Shown: in pieces, positions 1 through 12,640 of the stretch
Layout of the letters: each line of letters starts with the position of its first letter
Position numbering within the stretch: the stretch's first letter is position 1
Origin: Lama glama
Taxonomy: Eukaryota
Length of the DNA stretch: 64,000 bases
Assembly (NCBI GenBank): GCA_028534125.1
Contig: CM052816.1
Location: forward strand, 66,776,001 to 66,840,000
Direction of reading: 5' to 3'
Notes under the pieces: generated by a model
Database searches by the model: none
Told to the model about the DNA's origin: nothing
The model's input: the letters and a program-made list of their open reading frames with translations, nothing else
Made by a program: the position numbers and the translations under genes

Positions 1-400
1 TCAAGTCCTTATAAGGCAATGTTTTAAGAAACAGGTGTGAAATATTCCTTCTCCACAAAATCCTACACATTCTTTCTTATCCCCTTTTCCATAAAGCTGA
101 AAATAGTACATCAAGAAATTATTGCTAGGTTTGAAACCTAGGGGGCTCAAAAAAGATGCCACACTAATGCCAGGAACAACTTAAAACATTTTAATGACCA
201 GCGTGGTTATTTTATTAATTTCATGGTCATTTATAAGTTAGAAGGATTAAAAACTGCTTCACGCTAACTTTATAGGACACATTGCAAACTCTTAGCTTTA
301 CATCAGTGTTTGTCTATTATAATTTCTGAAAAAGTGTTGAGGAAATTGTAATAAAAGAACATTCAGGGGATAAAGACACTGGTTAGAAATTGTTCAACTG

Positions 401-1006
401 AGATACCTGTATCCCCATGTTCATAGCAGCATTATTCACAGTAGCCAAAAGTTATGGGAACAGCCTAAGTGTCTGTCAATGGGTAAGTGGATGAAGATGT
501 GGTTTATATATATAATAGAGTATTTATTCAGTCTTCAAAAAAGAAGGAAGTCCTGTCATTTGCACCAACTTGAATGACTCTGGAGGGCATTATGCTGAGC
601 AAAATAAGCCAGACAGAAAGACAAATACTACACGGTAACACTTAAATATGGAATTAAAGTCAACTCATAAATAGAGTGGAAAAGTGGGTGCCAGGGCTGG
701 GGGTGGGGGAAAGAGGGAGAAATTTTTTAAAGGGTACAAGCTTTCAGTAATAAAATGAATAAGGTCTGAGGATCTAAACTAGAATATGGTGACTACAGTT
801 GATAGCCCTGCATTGTATAACTGAAATTTGCTAAGAGAGTAGAACTTAAATGCTCTCTCTCACACAGACAAAAGAGGTAAATATGAGGTTATGGATGTGT
901 TAACTTGATGGGGGAATCCTTTCAAGTTGTATATCAAATCATGTACACTTTAAATATCTTACAATGTTATTTGTCAGTTATATCTCATTAAAGCTGAGGG
1001 TGGGGG
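401..1006 (+). mobile_element. 5'-truncated LINE-1 3' end (L1MA8/L1MA9-like), ORF2 C-terminus plus 3' UTR
   Basis: Typical L1 motifs (CCCATGTTCATAGCAGCATTATTCACAGTAGCCAA; GAAATTTGCTAAGAGAGTAGAACTTAAATG). Flanked by an exact 15-bp TSD GAAATTGTTCAACTG at 386-400 and 1007-1021. Confidence 0.92.
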
Positions 1007-1047
1007 GAAATTGTTCAACTGGTTTTAAAGAAACAGGATCAAAATGT

Positions 1048-1192
1048 TATTGTTTTGTGTGTTTTGGGGGGGTTAATTAGGTTTACTTATTTTTAATACT
1101 TATTTTTATTCTTTTAACAAAGGTACTGGGGATTGAACCTAGGACCTCATGTATGCTAAGCACACATACTACCAGTAAGCTATGCCCTCCCT
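1048..1192 (-). mobile_element. tRNA-Ala-derived SINE (camelid Vic-1-like)
   Basis: Minus strand reads GGGAGGGCATAGCTTACTGGTAG...GGTTCAATCCCCAGTACC (A-box- and B-box-like), followed by an A-rich tail containing CTAATTAACCCCCCC. Confidence 0.85.
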
Positions 1193-2924
1193 TCAAGATC
1201 CAAATTCTTACTCCACGAATGCCAGTACTTCACCTTAAGAATTTAAAAAACGGCTTTTTTCCTAATTTGGACCCCTCTGTTCCCAATTTAGACTTTAAGT
1301 GACATGAAAGTAACAAGAGAAAAGATCATTTCAGTAACATGCAGTTTTCATTCAGTTACACTGAGCATCAAGGATACAGAGTGTCCTGCCCCAGGCATTT
1401 GAGCCATAACGTTACAGCACAGTCTCCTCTGAGAAGTGTTAATACACCTGCCCCATCTAACTGGGATACAGCCAGGAATTAGTCATGATTTGCAGGGGAA
1501 GGCCTGTCAACACACTTTCCCACTTGTGGGTTGAGACATCTACCACCCAGGAAGATTTTTAAGAGGATCTGTGAGTTAATGTTTCCCAACTGCTTTAATA
1601 TCCTAGGATTAAAAGGGGCACATCAGAAAGAAGTGGCCTTGCTGGAATTTGGAGGCCATTCAAGAATCCCGCCCGGCGAGTTTAATGGTTTGTTTTCAAC
1701 ATTTATTTAACCTCCTTCTGCTATCAAGAAACCGGAGAGGTTTCTGAGGAAGTTTATATTGAAGGAAATGGAGAAAATGTACATTGTTTTTGAATTGTTT
1801 TGTTAAAGCTTCTGGATGGCAAGAGTGTGTGTTTTGTAACTATGAACGTTTGCACAGCTCGTGGAGATGCTGTAGGGCCATGTCTCTGAGCCCCCCAAGA
1901 TCGGGTATCATGCAGTGCCTCCTTAGCAAAGTAAATATTGTTGGAGCACTTGAAATAGCTATAAATGAACTTGGCCTCTGTTCAACGTGGCCCAGTGGAG
2001 AGAACATGCCAGGGGGAAATGTTTTGTCCATTCTGGAATGGCCAGCTGTCCCTGCGGGCGCAGAATTGCCGGATCTGGGGGAATAAGCAAAACAGTTCTG
2101 TTTTCTTCTCAGAAACTCATTTCCCTTTGCTTCATATTGTCAATTGGGAGCTGTGTTTACAAGGGGGTTTGTATGCAAAAGAAGCATCCACTGGGGGGAG
2201 GGCATGTATTTACCCCAGTTCATCTGGGGAGCCACCCAACCCAGCTTGCTTTTTATAGAACCAGGTGATAACACATTTCAAAGTGCTGCTTGGGGAGGCA
2301 AGTGTCTACTGGAGCAAAAATGTTCTTTAATTAGTATTTATCTCAGAGCCAGGGTGACATAAGTTGCTAATTATGCTGATACCAGAACAGATTGAGGTAT
2401 TCTTGTATGTCAAGGAGAAAGGGGTAATAGGCATGCCTTTTGGATTTGGAGTATATGTGGTTTAATTTGACCCTAAATTAGCTTGGATCCTGTCTGGCCT
2501 GCCTTGAAAATAGCTTTTCTAGTAGTTAAGGAGACTGTGCTACCTTTGGTCTTGAACAGTAGGAGTTGCAAATTGTGTACTGCATAGTTAATTCATAGAT
2601 CATCTCTGTGCCTCATGAAGGTTACTTTTTATCCCAACCCTGATTAGTGGGGCTTATAGACATCTCTCATTAGCTCTAAGCGCTAAGATAATTTTTTAAA
2701 TAAAAAATTCAAATGGAGAAATATTTTATTTCCACCTAAGTTCAAATAAGAATATTTCATTAGAAGTCCCTTTTGTGAATTAAATGACTTAAAATATGTG
2801 TACTGCTTATAATACATAGTAAGAAGTCAATTAACTCCGTATACTTTAAGTATTTAAAGGACGACTATAATATGGCTTTTTCGAAAAGGAGAGCCTAACC
2901 ACACTGTCAGTTTTTCTCATTGCC

Positions 2925-3160
2925 AATAATCATAGTTAATGCTTGCATATCATTTGTTATGTGTTCCTCCCTATTCTAAACACATACAATTCATCTGATT
3001 CTCAGGCAGCCCTACGAGATGGGTACCATTAGTACACCCATTTGCTTTGATGGGGATGTCGAGGCACAGAATGAGTAAGTAGCTTGCCTGGGCTCACGTA
3101 ATCAGTAAGCAGCAGAGTAAGATAAGAATCCTGAATGTCCAGGTGCAGAATCTGTGCAGT
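2925..3160 (-). mobile_element. MIR SINE
   Basis: Degenerate MIR core (CCCATTTGCTTTGATGGGGATGTCGAGGCACAGAATGAGTAAGTAGCTTGCC). Confidence 0.75.
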
Positions 3161-4709
3161 ATGTCACTTGCTGTTCTTCCAGTCAAAAAGTATTCGGGTA
3201 CCAGAATAAACTCATGCCCTGTCAGTGATCTTTTCTCCAGGCCAGTTAAAATACTTATTTATGGCTGCTTTGATACGATTATGGTAGGTGTTTATTATGG
3301 TGAATCTACAGCAAGATCCTGAATTCCATTTGAATCATTGACAGACTGCATATTTACTGTGATAACCAAGAGAATTAACGTATTAAATATCTCATGGACT
3401 AGGACTCTAGACCCCTGTCAGCGTGGCAGGTCATGCTGACAGGTTATGAGTGTAGGACAGTTGGGAAGGTAGCTTTCAAACAATTACTTTTAACCTCACA
3501 GGAAGCACGTCAGAGTTGATGACTCTGCTGATGGAGAGTCTTGCTGGCCTCAGCAGCACTGCATTGTTTACTTTCAAAGCCATTTAGTTTCATCATTGGT
3601 CTATTTCTGGAATCTTCATACTACTTTTTCTGCTCATTTCTCTCCTATTCAGACTTAACTTCTAGCATCTTGCATGACTGAAACCTGTAACATGTCAATG
3701 TATGACATGCAAGGACTTCAGGACTTTTGTCTGCTATGTTTGTACTGTCTACACACTTTATATAGTCTTCTCTGCCAACCGTAGGACAGATTATTTGCTC
3801 CCAGTGTTCATTCAGCCAATTTTTATGAAATGGAAATAAAACCACTGTTAAACATAAAAGGAGAAAGCTTTCACATTATTTGGTTATTTCTATTCATAGT
3901 CTGTTTCAGCTATAAGATTTGCTTACAAACCACCTCAGGGTGAAGTCCCTTTGTACACAAAGTGAGGTAAGGTGCTTGCCATACAATACTAGACTAAGTG
4001 CTGGTATGCTCTGATTTTCCGTCTTTTACATTATGATAGTGATAGATTAAAATGACCTAAGAAGGGCAATGAAATGCTGTGTAAGCTGTGGAGAAGGATT
4101 ATGTTAGGTTTCTTAAATATCACCAACAGTGTTGTCATTTTCTGAGTTTAGGATAGATATCTCATGCACACAAATCTTGGGCCACAAGCTCCTATTTATA
4201 AGAACTACAACTTCATTTCCAATGTCTCAATTTCTATTTTTAGCCATAATCCCACTGGACTGGCAGGATTTTTAGACAAAAAGTTATTTTCATGGATTTT
4301 CTCACCTTCATTCCTACTCTCGAATCAACTTGGACACACTGGACCATCCTTTACATCAGAGGTCTTCTGTTTCCACGGTGCTAAGGGAGACCAAGCAGCT
4401 CCTCACCTCAGCCTTCTTACTTCTGTGACCCCAAGGAGAACCACCTTTTAATTTAAATCCTCATTTCTTTCAATTGAGATTCCACACTCAAACACTATTT
4501 TGCAATCCTTTTTATATATTTTCAAGAAAATATTTTCTTTGCAAAACTTTAAGTATCCATAAAAGCTTGGCATTTTGGAAAGTAAGTCATTTCCACAACT
4601 TGAACCGCAGGTGGTGAAGGTTAGCAAAACGTTAGGCATGGAAAGAGAAAGTCCAAAAAAAACAACATGGGCTAATATTTCAAAATGTTATCCTATTTTG
4701 TATGCTGAT

Positions 4710-4975
4710 AGGCAGTGGACTGTGGGGGTTAAGAGCGTAAAAACATTCAAAAGTCGGACTGCCTGGTTTGATTCTCATTTCTACCACATGTTAACTGAGT
4801 TGCCTCGAGTCAATTACAGAATCTCTGCACCTCAGTTTCCTCAGTTGTAGGATAGGGATGGTGCCAGTAGAACCCAGCTCACAGGATTATTGTGATCATT
4901 ATGTGAGTTAGACTTAAAGCACAGAGCACAGTGCCTAGCACAAAGAAATGGTATAGCACTATTAACTGCTATTAA
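4710..4975 (+). mobile_element. Near full-length MIR SINE
   Basis: GGTTAAGAGC head, core CTCTGCACCTCAGTTTCCTCAGTTGTA, tail CACAGTGCCTAGCACA. Confidence 0.88.
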
Positions 4976-5659
4976 GATTAGTAGAACAAAATACTCCTTA
5001 CTTGCTCATTATTGCCTCTAAAACAAAAATCTCAACTTAGAAAGTTCGAAATGTGAGTTTGATGCACATTACATTTTGTATTTAAAACCATGTGTATGGA
5101 ATATGCTTCGTTCTTAGACTCCAGGGTGATTTAAGGTTCAGAAAATAGCAGGAGCTCTCAGTTAAAGGCTCAAGGTTGTCACATTTGACAAATTTTTAAT
5201 TCTTCTCATTAAGGAGGAGAATAAGGAAGAGAACAGTCTTCTCTCATGAGGAAATGTAGTTTATTGAAAGCAAAGCTTTGAGAAACAAAAAAGTCTGCAA
5301 TAATAACTTCATCATGTGCACACACAGAACTTTATCGAAAAGACAATGCCATAAATACACTGCATCTTGTAAATGGATAAGGCAAAGTGATGCATTTTGT
5401 GTTATTTAATGGACTTGCTTCAAGAAAAATTTCAGATACTACTATTTCATGATTTTTAGGCACAAGGTATTGACAAAAGATAAGCCTTCATTAGGAAAAT
5501 GATTTTGCTTTATGGCTTTCAGGTATTTATAGTTTTTTTCATTTAAATTTTATGTATTTATTGTTTTGTCTTATAAACACCGTAAGTACTAAAAGTTCTA
5601 TTTTTTTCCATTCTAAAAGTTCTATTAGTTAAATTTTAAAGGCTTGACCTGCTCATTTT

Positions 5660-5972
5660 ACCCCGTTTTACTGAAATGTAATTGACATTCAACATTGTGT
5701 TTAACATAATGATGTGATATGTATATGTTGTGAAATGATTACCCCAATAAGTTTACTTAACATCCATCACTTCATGTGGCTATAAATTTTGTGATGAGAA
5801 TTTAGATCTACTCTTAGCAACTTTTAAATATGCAGTACAGTATTGTTAAATATAGTCACATCATTACTATGTATATTACAGCCCCAGAATTTATAACTGG
5901 AAATTTGTACCTTTTGACTGCCTTCACCCATTTCCCCCACCCCTCATCTATGGCAAGCACCATCTAGTTTTC
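5660..5972 (-). mobile_element. LINE-1 3' UTR fragment (L1MA8/9-like)
   Basis: AGATCTACTCTTAGCAACTTT and ATAACTGGAAATTTGTACCTTTTGAC are the reverse complement of L1MA 3' UTR motifs. Confidence 0.85.
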
Positions 5973-6229
5973 ATATGACTTAATATTTTATAGCACTGTG
6001 AGTAAGTAGTAGCAAAGTGCTGAAAGAACATAATAACCAGGAAATCATTTAGTGTAAGTCAGAATATTGTAAATGAGACTAGCATACAAATAGGCTTGAT
6101 TGCTTAGCATGAGTTGACTGGTCATGAACAGGGAACAAACTGCTAGTTTGTGTAACTGATTAATCCAGCTTCAAGTGTAGAGACAATGTCAGAGAGTGTC
6201 GTAATAACGCTACTTAAGAGTATTTACTT

Positions 6230-6825
6230 AGCATCAATCACTTCAACATTTTTGCTGCAGCCACCAGAACTACCAGCCCATCTGCCCTGGATTATTACAA
6301 TGGCTTTTCAACTTGTTGGCAGCAGCCAGGGTGCTCCTAACACACTCGGCTCATGGGAATTTCCAGTGACTCCTCATCTCACTGAAAATAAGAGCCAAGG
6401 CCCTTGCTATGTCCCACAAGGCCCTAAGTGATGTGCACCTCCCTCCACAGTGTCTTTTTTGCCACCCCTTGGATGCTCCTGCCTCCCAGAAGCCAGGCGC
6501 CTGCCTCCAAGGTGGGACTTGGCCCTTGCTGAGCTCACCACCTGGGCTGCTCTCTACTTGCATGTACATGGCTCATTCTCTCACTCATCAGGTCTTTACT
6601 CAAATGTCACCTTACATGAGGTCTTCTCTAGTCATCCTGCAGGACCCTTTAGACTTTTTCCCATCTACCTACCATGCTTTAAGTTTCTTAGTACTTGCCA
6701 TGATCAAACATATTATGTATTTTCAGGGAAAGTCCACAGGGTAGGATTTTTCTCAGTATTGTTTACTGCTGTGTCCCCAGCACCGGGCCCATAAGAGGTA
6801 TTCAATAAACCTGTCAGTGAAGGAG
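6230..6825 (+). mobile_element. LINE-2 (L2a-like) 3' end
   Basis: CTGGATTATTACAAT..., CAAGGCCCTAAGTGAT and terminal TGCTGTGTCCCCAGCAC...TTCAATAAAC. Confidence 0.8.
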
Positions 6826-6934
6826 TGCTTACTCGACTCCATGTTTGCAGTCCCTTACAGGGAATCTCTCTAGCATAACTACAGTCCTAAAAGGTTGGAG
6901 TCACAGGGGGAGTAACATGAACAGACTTCATTTT

Positions 6935-7065
6935 TTATTAGGATCACACCAGGTGCTGGTGACAAGTTGGGAAGCTATTGAAATCATCCAGGGCAAAGAG
7001 GCTGGTGGTTGGGAGCAGGGTGGCTGTAGTGGAGGTGGTGAGAAGTGGTCAGATCTCAGTAAAAA
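6935..7065 (-). mobile_element. LINE-2 fragment
   Basis: GGGTGGCTGTAGTGGAGGTGGTGAGAAGTGGTCAGAT is an L2 motif. Confidence 0.7.
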
Positions 7066-8724
7066 CGTTTAGTAAGTGAGGACACTGAGCTAGAAGAGCT
7101 GGGTATATTGTTCAGAGTTACCAAGTGGCCGATGCTGGGTTTGGATCACACAAACTGGCTCTTATCCCCTGAGTCTGGCTGTTGCTTACACCACAGACTC
7201 TGGAAGACAATGAGGCTTTAGGGCAAACCTACCTGTGACAAACAATTCAATTTAAACACGTGTTTCTCAGCAAAATGTGGTTAATAGTTATATGTCCAGA
7301 ATTTTAAACTAAATACCATATATGAAGCATCTTGTTACATAATCAGATAGTAGTTGCTTGATAAAACATAGCTGCCGCGGCACACATGTTGTGTAGATAC
7401 AACCTTATTCGTTTGTTTTGTTTATACTGAAAGTAATTGTTAGATGATGGTTTTAAGGGTTTTTTAAAAATGGAAACAAATGAGAAAATTAGAGGTATCT
7501 TAATCTCTGCCTAAGAAATATTTTAAAGGAGGGGGAATGACAAAGGGAGAGATAACAGATACTATCCTGAGAGTAGCATGAATCTCCATAAATAATTTAA
7601 GATCCATAAAATTCTAAAGAATCTGAATTTTTGGATTCAGTTTGTAATTCATTTGATAACCTGAGCCAATCCTGTGAGTTGCCCTGACAACCAGTTTTAG
7701 TAACATAAAGAAGTGCTATAGTTGTTAATTGGTATTCAGAGTTAGTAACTGGTGTCTCTGCTTCTGTCTCCATGGTAACCTTGCTGTCATGTTCTCATCC
7801 CTAGCATGGTGGTGAGATTTCACACGTGTGTGCCTTAATCTACATGTCCATAGTCTCTGGCACAGTGTTCTATTAAATATCTATAAACATGATCACTTTT
7901 GAGCTATTAGCACTATTGCTAAAAAAAACAAAAAACAAAAAACAGTGGCTCCATTGAAGTCAATTTCACCTCCATCCTCCATACATTACAAGCTTCCATT
8001 TTGGGGATTGTGTTTGTATGGTTGTCTGCATGGAGAAAATTCTGCATAACTGCAAGTACATGGAATATGGATGTTTTGAATATGCAAAATAGGGCAACAT
8101 TGTATAAATAAGGGATAGTTTTTCAAGGGTATTTATCTGAAGCTAGAGGTAATGAATATTGATTTGAGGGATAAATGCCAACTTAGAGAAATGAGCTCTA
8201 ATGTTTTCTCTGAGAAAATATTCTCAATTCAGTTGGATAATGCAGAGATGCCTCATATCCATTTTCTAGCAATTTCCTATTAAATAGAAAGTAGGGTTCC
8301 CCTCCATGTTACATTTTCTTTCTCCATTTTTTCCTACTTAGAATAAAATCACAGTTAACCTCTTTATTTTTGATTTTCACTAGTATTTTTTCATCCCTGA
8401 AGTAGAATTATTTCTCAATCATAAAGGGTCAGCTAATTAGTCACAGTAGTCTTTCTCATCATTACAAATACACTAATACCATGATGGAGGCAAGGAAAGT
8501 GGTCTGGGCAATGCATAGCAATTAATCCTCTTAGAGAGGTATCATACATACTAGAAATAAAGTTAACCTTAGATTCGTTCAAACATTGGTTTCAAATTCT
8601 GGGCTTTTCATTTAATATCCTTATGCCCTTGGGGAAAGCAAAAATACCAAAAAAAAATTACATACAAATTTTAAAGTCTCTCTTCCTTAATTTTCTTTAT
8701 CTGTAAATTAGGGCCAACCCTACT

Positions 8725-8946
8725 CACTGATGTTCTCATAAATACTTAAACAACCAGCTCTCTAGAAGGAAGATTTGTGGAATTTAGCAATTTCCACAGT
8801 GTAAATAGTCCCATCAAGTTTTTTTTCCCCCTCCCATCATGGTTTATTTCAAGCTTCCAACATGGTGTCATTTAACATGGAACTGGATAGATATGCTAAC
8901 GACTGTCACTCACAAGCCAGGGTGTACCAGCCCCAGCACATCACTA
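8725..8946. mobile_element. hAT-Blackjack MITE, MER63-like
   Basis: AACAACCAGCTCTC, GCAATTTCCACAGTGTAAATAGTCCCA and terminal CCAGCACATCACTA resemble MER63. Confidence 0.7.
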
Positions 8947-9169
8947 TCCTGAGTAAAATACCAGGTATGTAACAAGCTCTAAAGATCTCAGTTCTTTCTC
9001 CTCTGAATGAAGTGCCTTCCCCATTTGTTTCTTTAAATAAAAAAATTAACAGCTTTGTTGAGATAAAGTTCACATACCATACACTTCAATTTTCCATTTC
9101 TTTTAATACTGGTCTGCTGCTGGCCACCATATGCACCTAACATTTATTCATGGAAAATAAACTTGCATG

Positions 9170-9686
9170 TGTGGTGGTTTTAAAATATACCCAAATTCTT
9201 TGATATGCCTCCCTTAACAATGTGGGGAACTAATTCACCTCCCCTTGAATGCAGGTTGTACTTAGTGACTGTAAAATATGGTGGAAGTGATGGGATATGA
9301 TTTCCAAGACAAGGTCATAAAAAGCATTGTGGTTTTCTCCTTGCTCTCTCCTTTGAAACTCTTACTTTGGGAGAAGGTAGCTGTCATGCCATGAGAACAC
9401 CCAGCACCCCAATGCCCTGTGGAGGGATCTACGTGCCTAAAACTGAGGCCTCCAGCCAACAGCCATCACAGTGAGCCATCTCGGAAACTGATTCTGCAAC
9501 CCAAGGCAAATCTTCAAGTACCTGAAGTTCTAGCTGACATATGGACTGCAAACTCCAAAACTTTCTGGGCCAGAATCACTTAGCTAGGCTGCTCCCTAAT
9601 TCCTGACTAACAGAAACTGTTAAGTGCTTTTTGTTTTAAGCCACTAATTTGAGTAATTCGTTACACAGCAATAGATAACTCATGCA
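9170..9686 (+). mobile_element. MaLR solo LTR (MLT1F-like)
   Basis: TG...CA ends and terminal TTTTAAGCCACTAA...GTTACACAGCAATAGATAAC. The 5-bp flanks GCATG / GCACA are compatible with a CpG-decayed GCACG TSD. Confidence 0.88.
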
Positions 9687-12064
9687 GCACAATTTATATT
9701 TGTCCAAAAGCTTTAGAGTTAAGTTCATTAGCATTAGATTTTGATTATAAAGTGCATCAGTCATGTAGGGGAAATCCTTTAATATTCTGAAGCATTGATA
9801 AAGAGCTTATAATGCCATCAGGAGAGGAGTTGCTATTTAAATTCACTATTAATGACTTATTTATTGGGTATTAATGGCTCATCACCACTAAGAAGCTTCT
9901 GTGATGTGTAGGTATTTCAAGTGGTTTTCTGTTAATGAGCCAGCTGATCAGCTGTGGTCTTGGGAGTCTGTAGAAAGATGTGCTTATACATATGTAACCC
10001 GAAGTTCAATTTCATTACGTTCCTAGAAGCACATAAGCTTAATTAACTGGTGACATCAATTCAGATTCCTGGCAGGTCAGAAGGCAAACTTAAGGGCTAT
10101 TACTGAGACCATTACAGCGGTCATTGGTGCAAGAAAGAGATATGTATTTCTTTTGAGACAGTATCTCCTTTTATGCTTTTTAAAAAATAGTTAAACAAAG
10201 CACACCAAGGATGTTTCCATTTAAGTTACTTTAAGTGGATTTTTTTCTCTTGGGAAGACTTAGTAATAAGGTAGAGAAAATAAAACTTTAAAAACAAAGA
10301 CTCTCTGGCCTATATTTTACCTTGAGTTTCACTCTTTCGACAGTAGGTTCTATGATTCACATATTTCACTTTCTAACAGGGCAAAATTGTTGACAAGCCC
10401 TCGCATAGTTACTGGGTGCAAATACTACCTCTTCAGGCTTCTGTATTTTAACCTGATACTACTGAGATAGCACAGGAGTGGTCCTAATGACCCCAAAAGA
10501 CTGACATTGGAGGAAAAATTCCAAGTGAGTCTTAATTCAGCAGATCACAAAGTACAGCATGCTAAAGAAATGCTAATTGCACTTACAAACATATGCAGTG
10601 TGAACAGAAGTGCACAGATGCACTTGCTAGAGATTTAGCCACGCTTGGGGAAAAAAGAACCAAGACGAAGATATCTTCTCATGATGTCTTCTTCAACATG
10701 TTTGGTTCAAAGCTGGGGCACAAATTCCAAATAAAAATAAGATGAACTGAGATGGGAGAAAACTAAAAATTCCTTAGCCAATTAGGCTATTTCTCAACTC
10801 TTTGTAGTGGACTTGATTCTACTGAACAAACCACAAGTGGACTCTGGCTGTGTGACTACCCACATACACAGGTAAACTTTTCAAAGCCACAAGTCACTCA
10901 CATTTTCTGCTTTGTTTCAGTTTTTTAAATTGCTGCTGAAAAGCCACAGCTAGTCCATTACTCAAATACTTTAAAAAAACTGAAACATGAGAAGTTACTT
11001 CAATTCAAGCATTTGTTTTGAGGGCTAGGTCATGACCTGCTGAAGAATTGTATCTCTAATAATTCTTTAATTCCTATTATTGTGCTTTTCAAATAAATTA
11101 GCCAGTGAGGAATTAGGTGATAGACATATGAACCAAAAACTTTTTGTGGATAAACGGGATGCTGACTTCTACAGGGACAAGCTTCTTGACAGTGAAGAGA
11201 CTAGGACTACAGCCCTCATTTCCTAACTCGGCCTCACTTGCCTTTTCCCAAAGTACACAGCTGCTGGACAACGGAGCCCCTGAAGAGTCAAACTCACTTG
11301 GAAATGACTTTATAGCCATGTATAACTACACCAATTGTCTTTTTTCCATGAAGTCACTGTCTAGTACCTTCATCCAGAACACTCTAGACAGACCATGTCT
11401 GAAGATGGTCTAGGTTTTCAAACCTGCCAGAAACATTGGCACGCAAGTACATCCTTCATAACCAGCATAGCTCTCCCACTTCTAGTGCCCTTTGAGTATC
11501 TCTAACTGGAAAGATATTTTCATTTAACTCCTCTCTGCTGATACTTCATCATTTTTTCCCACATGCATCTATTTTGGTGAGGTCAATCAAAAACTAGAAA
11601 GAAAAAGCTAAATAAGATGAAATACTTTAAATGGCCGATTTTTTGCATAAAATTATGATGAAAAACTTTAGAAACACAGTTAATAGAAAAATCAATCATC
11701 TCTGAATCCAAGGACATTTTCAATCTAACAGAATTTGTAGAAATACTCTAACCAAGATTATATATTTGACTATTTTTGCATTCTCTTGATTATGATACCC
11801 AAAATTAAATATATGAACATTTCTTTTTTTGTGCCCATAGCATAAGATAAAGTTAGAATTTCTGGGGAAATTCAGAGCTGAGTAGACACAGTCCTTGAAC
11901 TCAAGGAGCTCACAGGTTAACCAGTGCTGCCCCTATTTGTGGGCTGAACACCTTTAGCTGACAAACTTCATCTCTTAAGTTGGCCTTCACAGGACTCTTT
12001 TGAAAATATTTTCCCTACTACTTTTTACCTCTTGCTCCCTGTTGTGTCCAGACACAAAATATGC

Positions 12065-12640
12065 ACACACATGTTCAGTAAACATTTACTGTGTGCCCAC
12101 CATATGTGAGGCATGAGGCTTTCCAGTGGCTTTGGGATGTAAGATATCACTGCCTTCTAAGAACTCTCCATCTGTTTTCCAGAATCAGCTTGAGGAGGGG
12201 CATTTGGCAGCAGCATGGGTTGGGTCCCTTGTACACAAAGGATGTCCCATATCCCTCAGCATCATTGGGAATAGCTAGCCCTTAGGGCATGTGATTCTTG
12301 AAGGGAAGACAGTCATGAACTTAGAAAATTACAGATTTATAATAATAATCCTATGAAAGACATAAGGTACAGTTACAGAAAGAAAGAGGTATCACTAGGT
12401 CATCCATGATGATTTGGCAGAGGTCCTAGAGAAGGTGATTCACTTTCAGGAAGTGAACAAGAAGTTTGGAAGTCTTCTGGAGAGATGTGATTTGAGTTGG
12501 GACATGAAAGATGAATAAAAATTTGCCAAAATGAGAACAGGGGAGAGGATATTTCAGGTAGAGGGAAGAGAGGGTACCTAAAGTCAAGCATTTAGGAAAT
12601 ATTCTTGAGTCTGAGTAGGAGATGTGCTGTATGTCTGGAC
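12065..12640 (-). mobile_element. LINE-2 fragment(s)
   Basis: TTCAGTAAACATTTACTGTGTGCCCAC and GAGATGTGATTTGAGTTGGGACATGAAAGATGAATA are L2 motifs. Confidence 0.65.

Noticed and set aside
1110..1192. tRNA-like sequence as a real tRNA gene
   Set aside because: Degenerate stems and an attached SINE tail; it is a SINE head.
5589..5626. 14-bp direct repeat CTAAAAGTTCTATT
   Set aside because: Ordinary micro-duplication in AT-rich DNA with no further structure.
10658..10708. Possible pre-miRNA hairpin (GAACCAA...TTGGTTC)
   Set aside because: Large asymmetric bulge and short stems; no known miRNA recognised.
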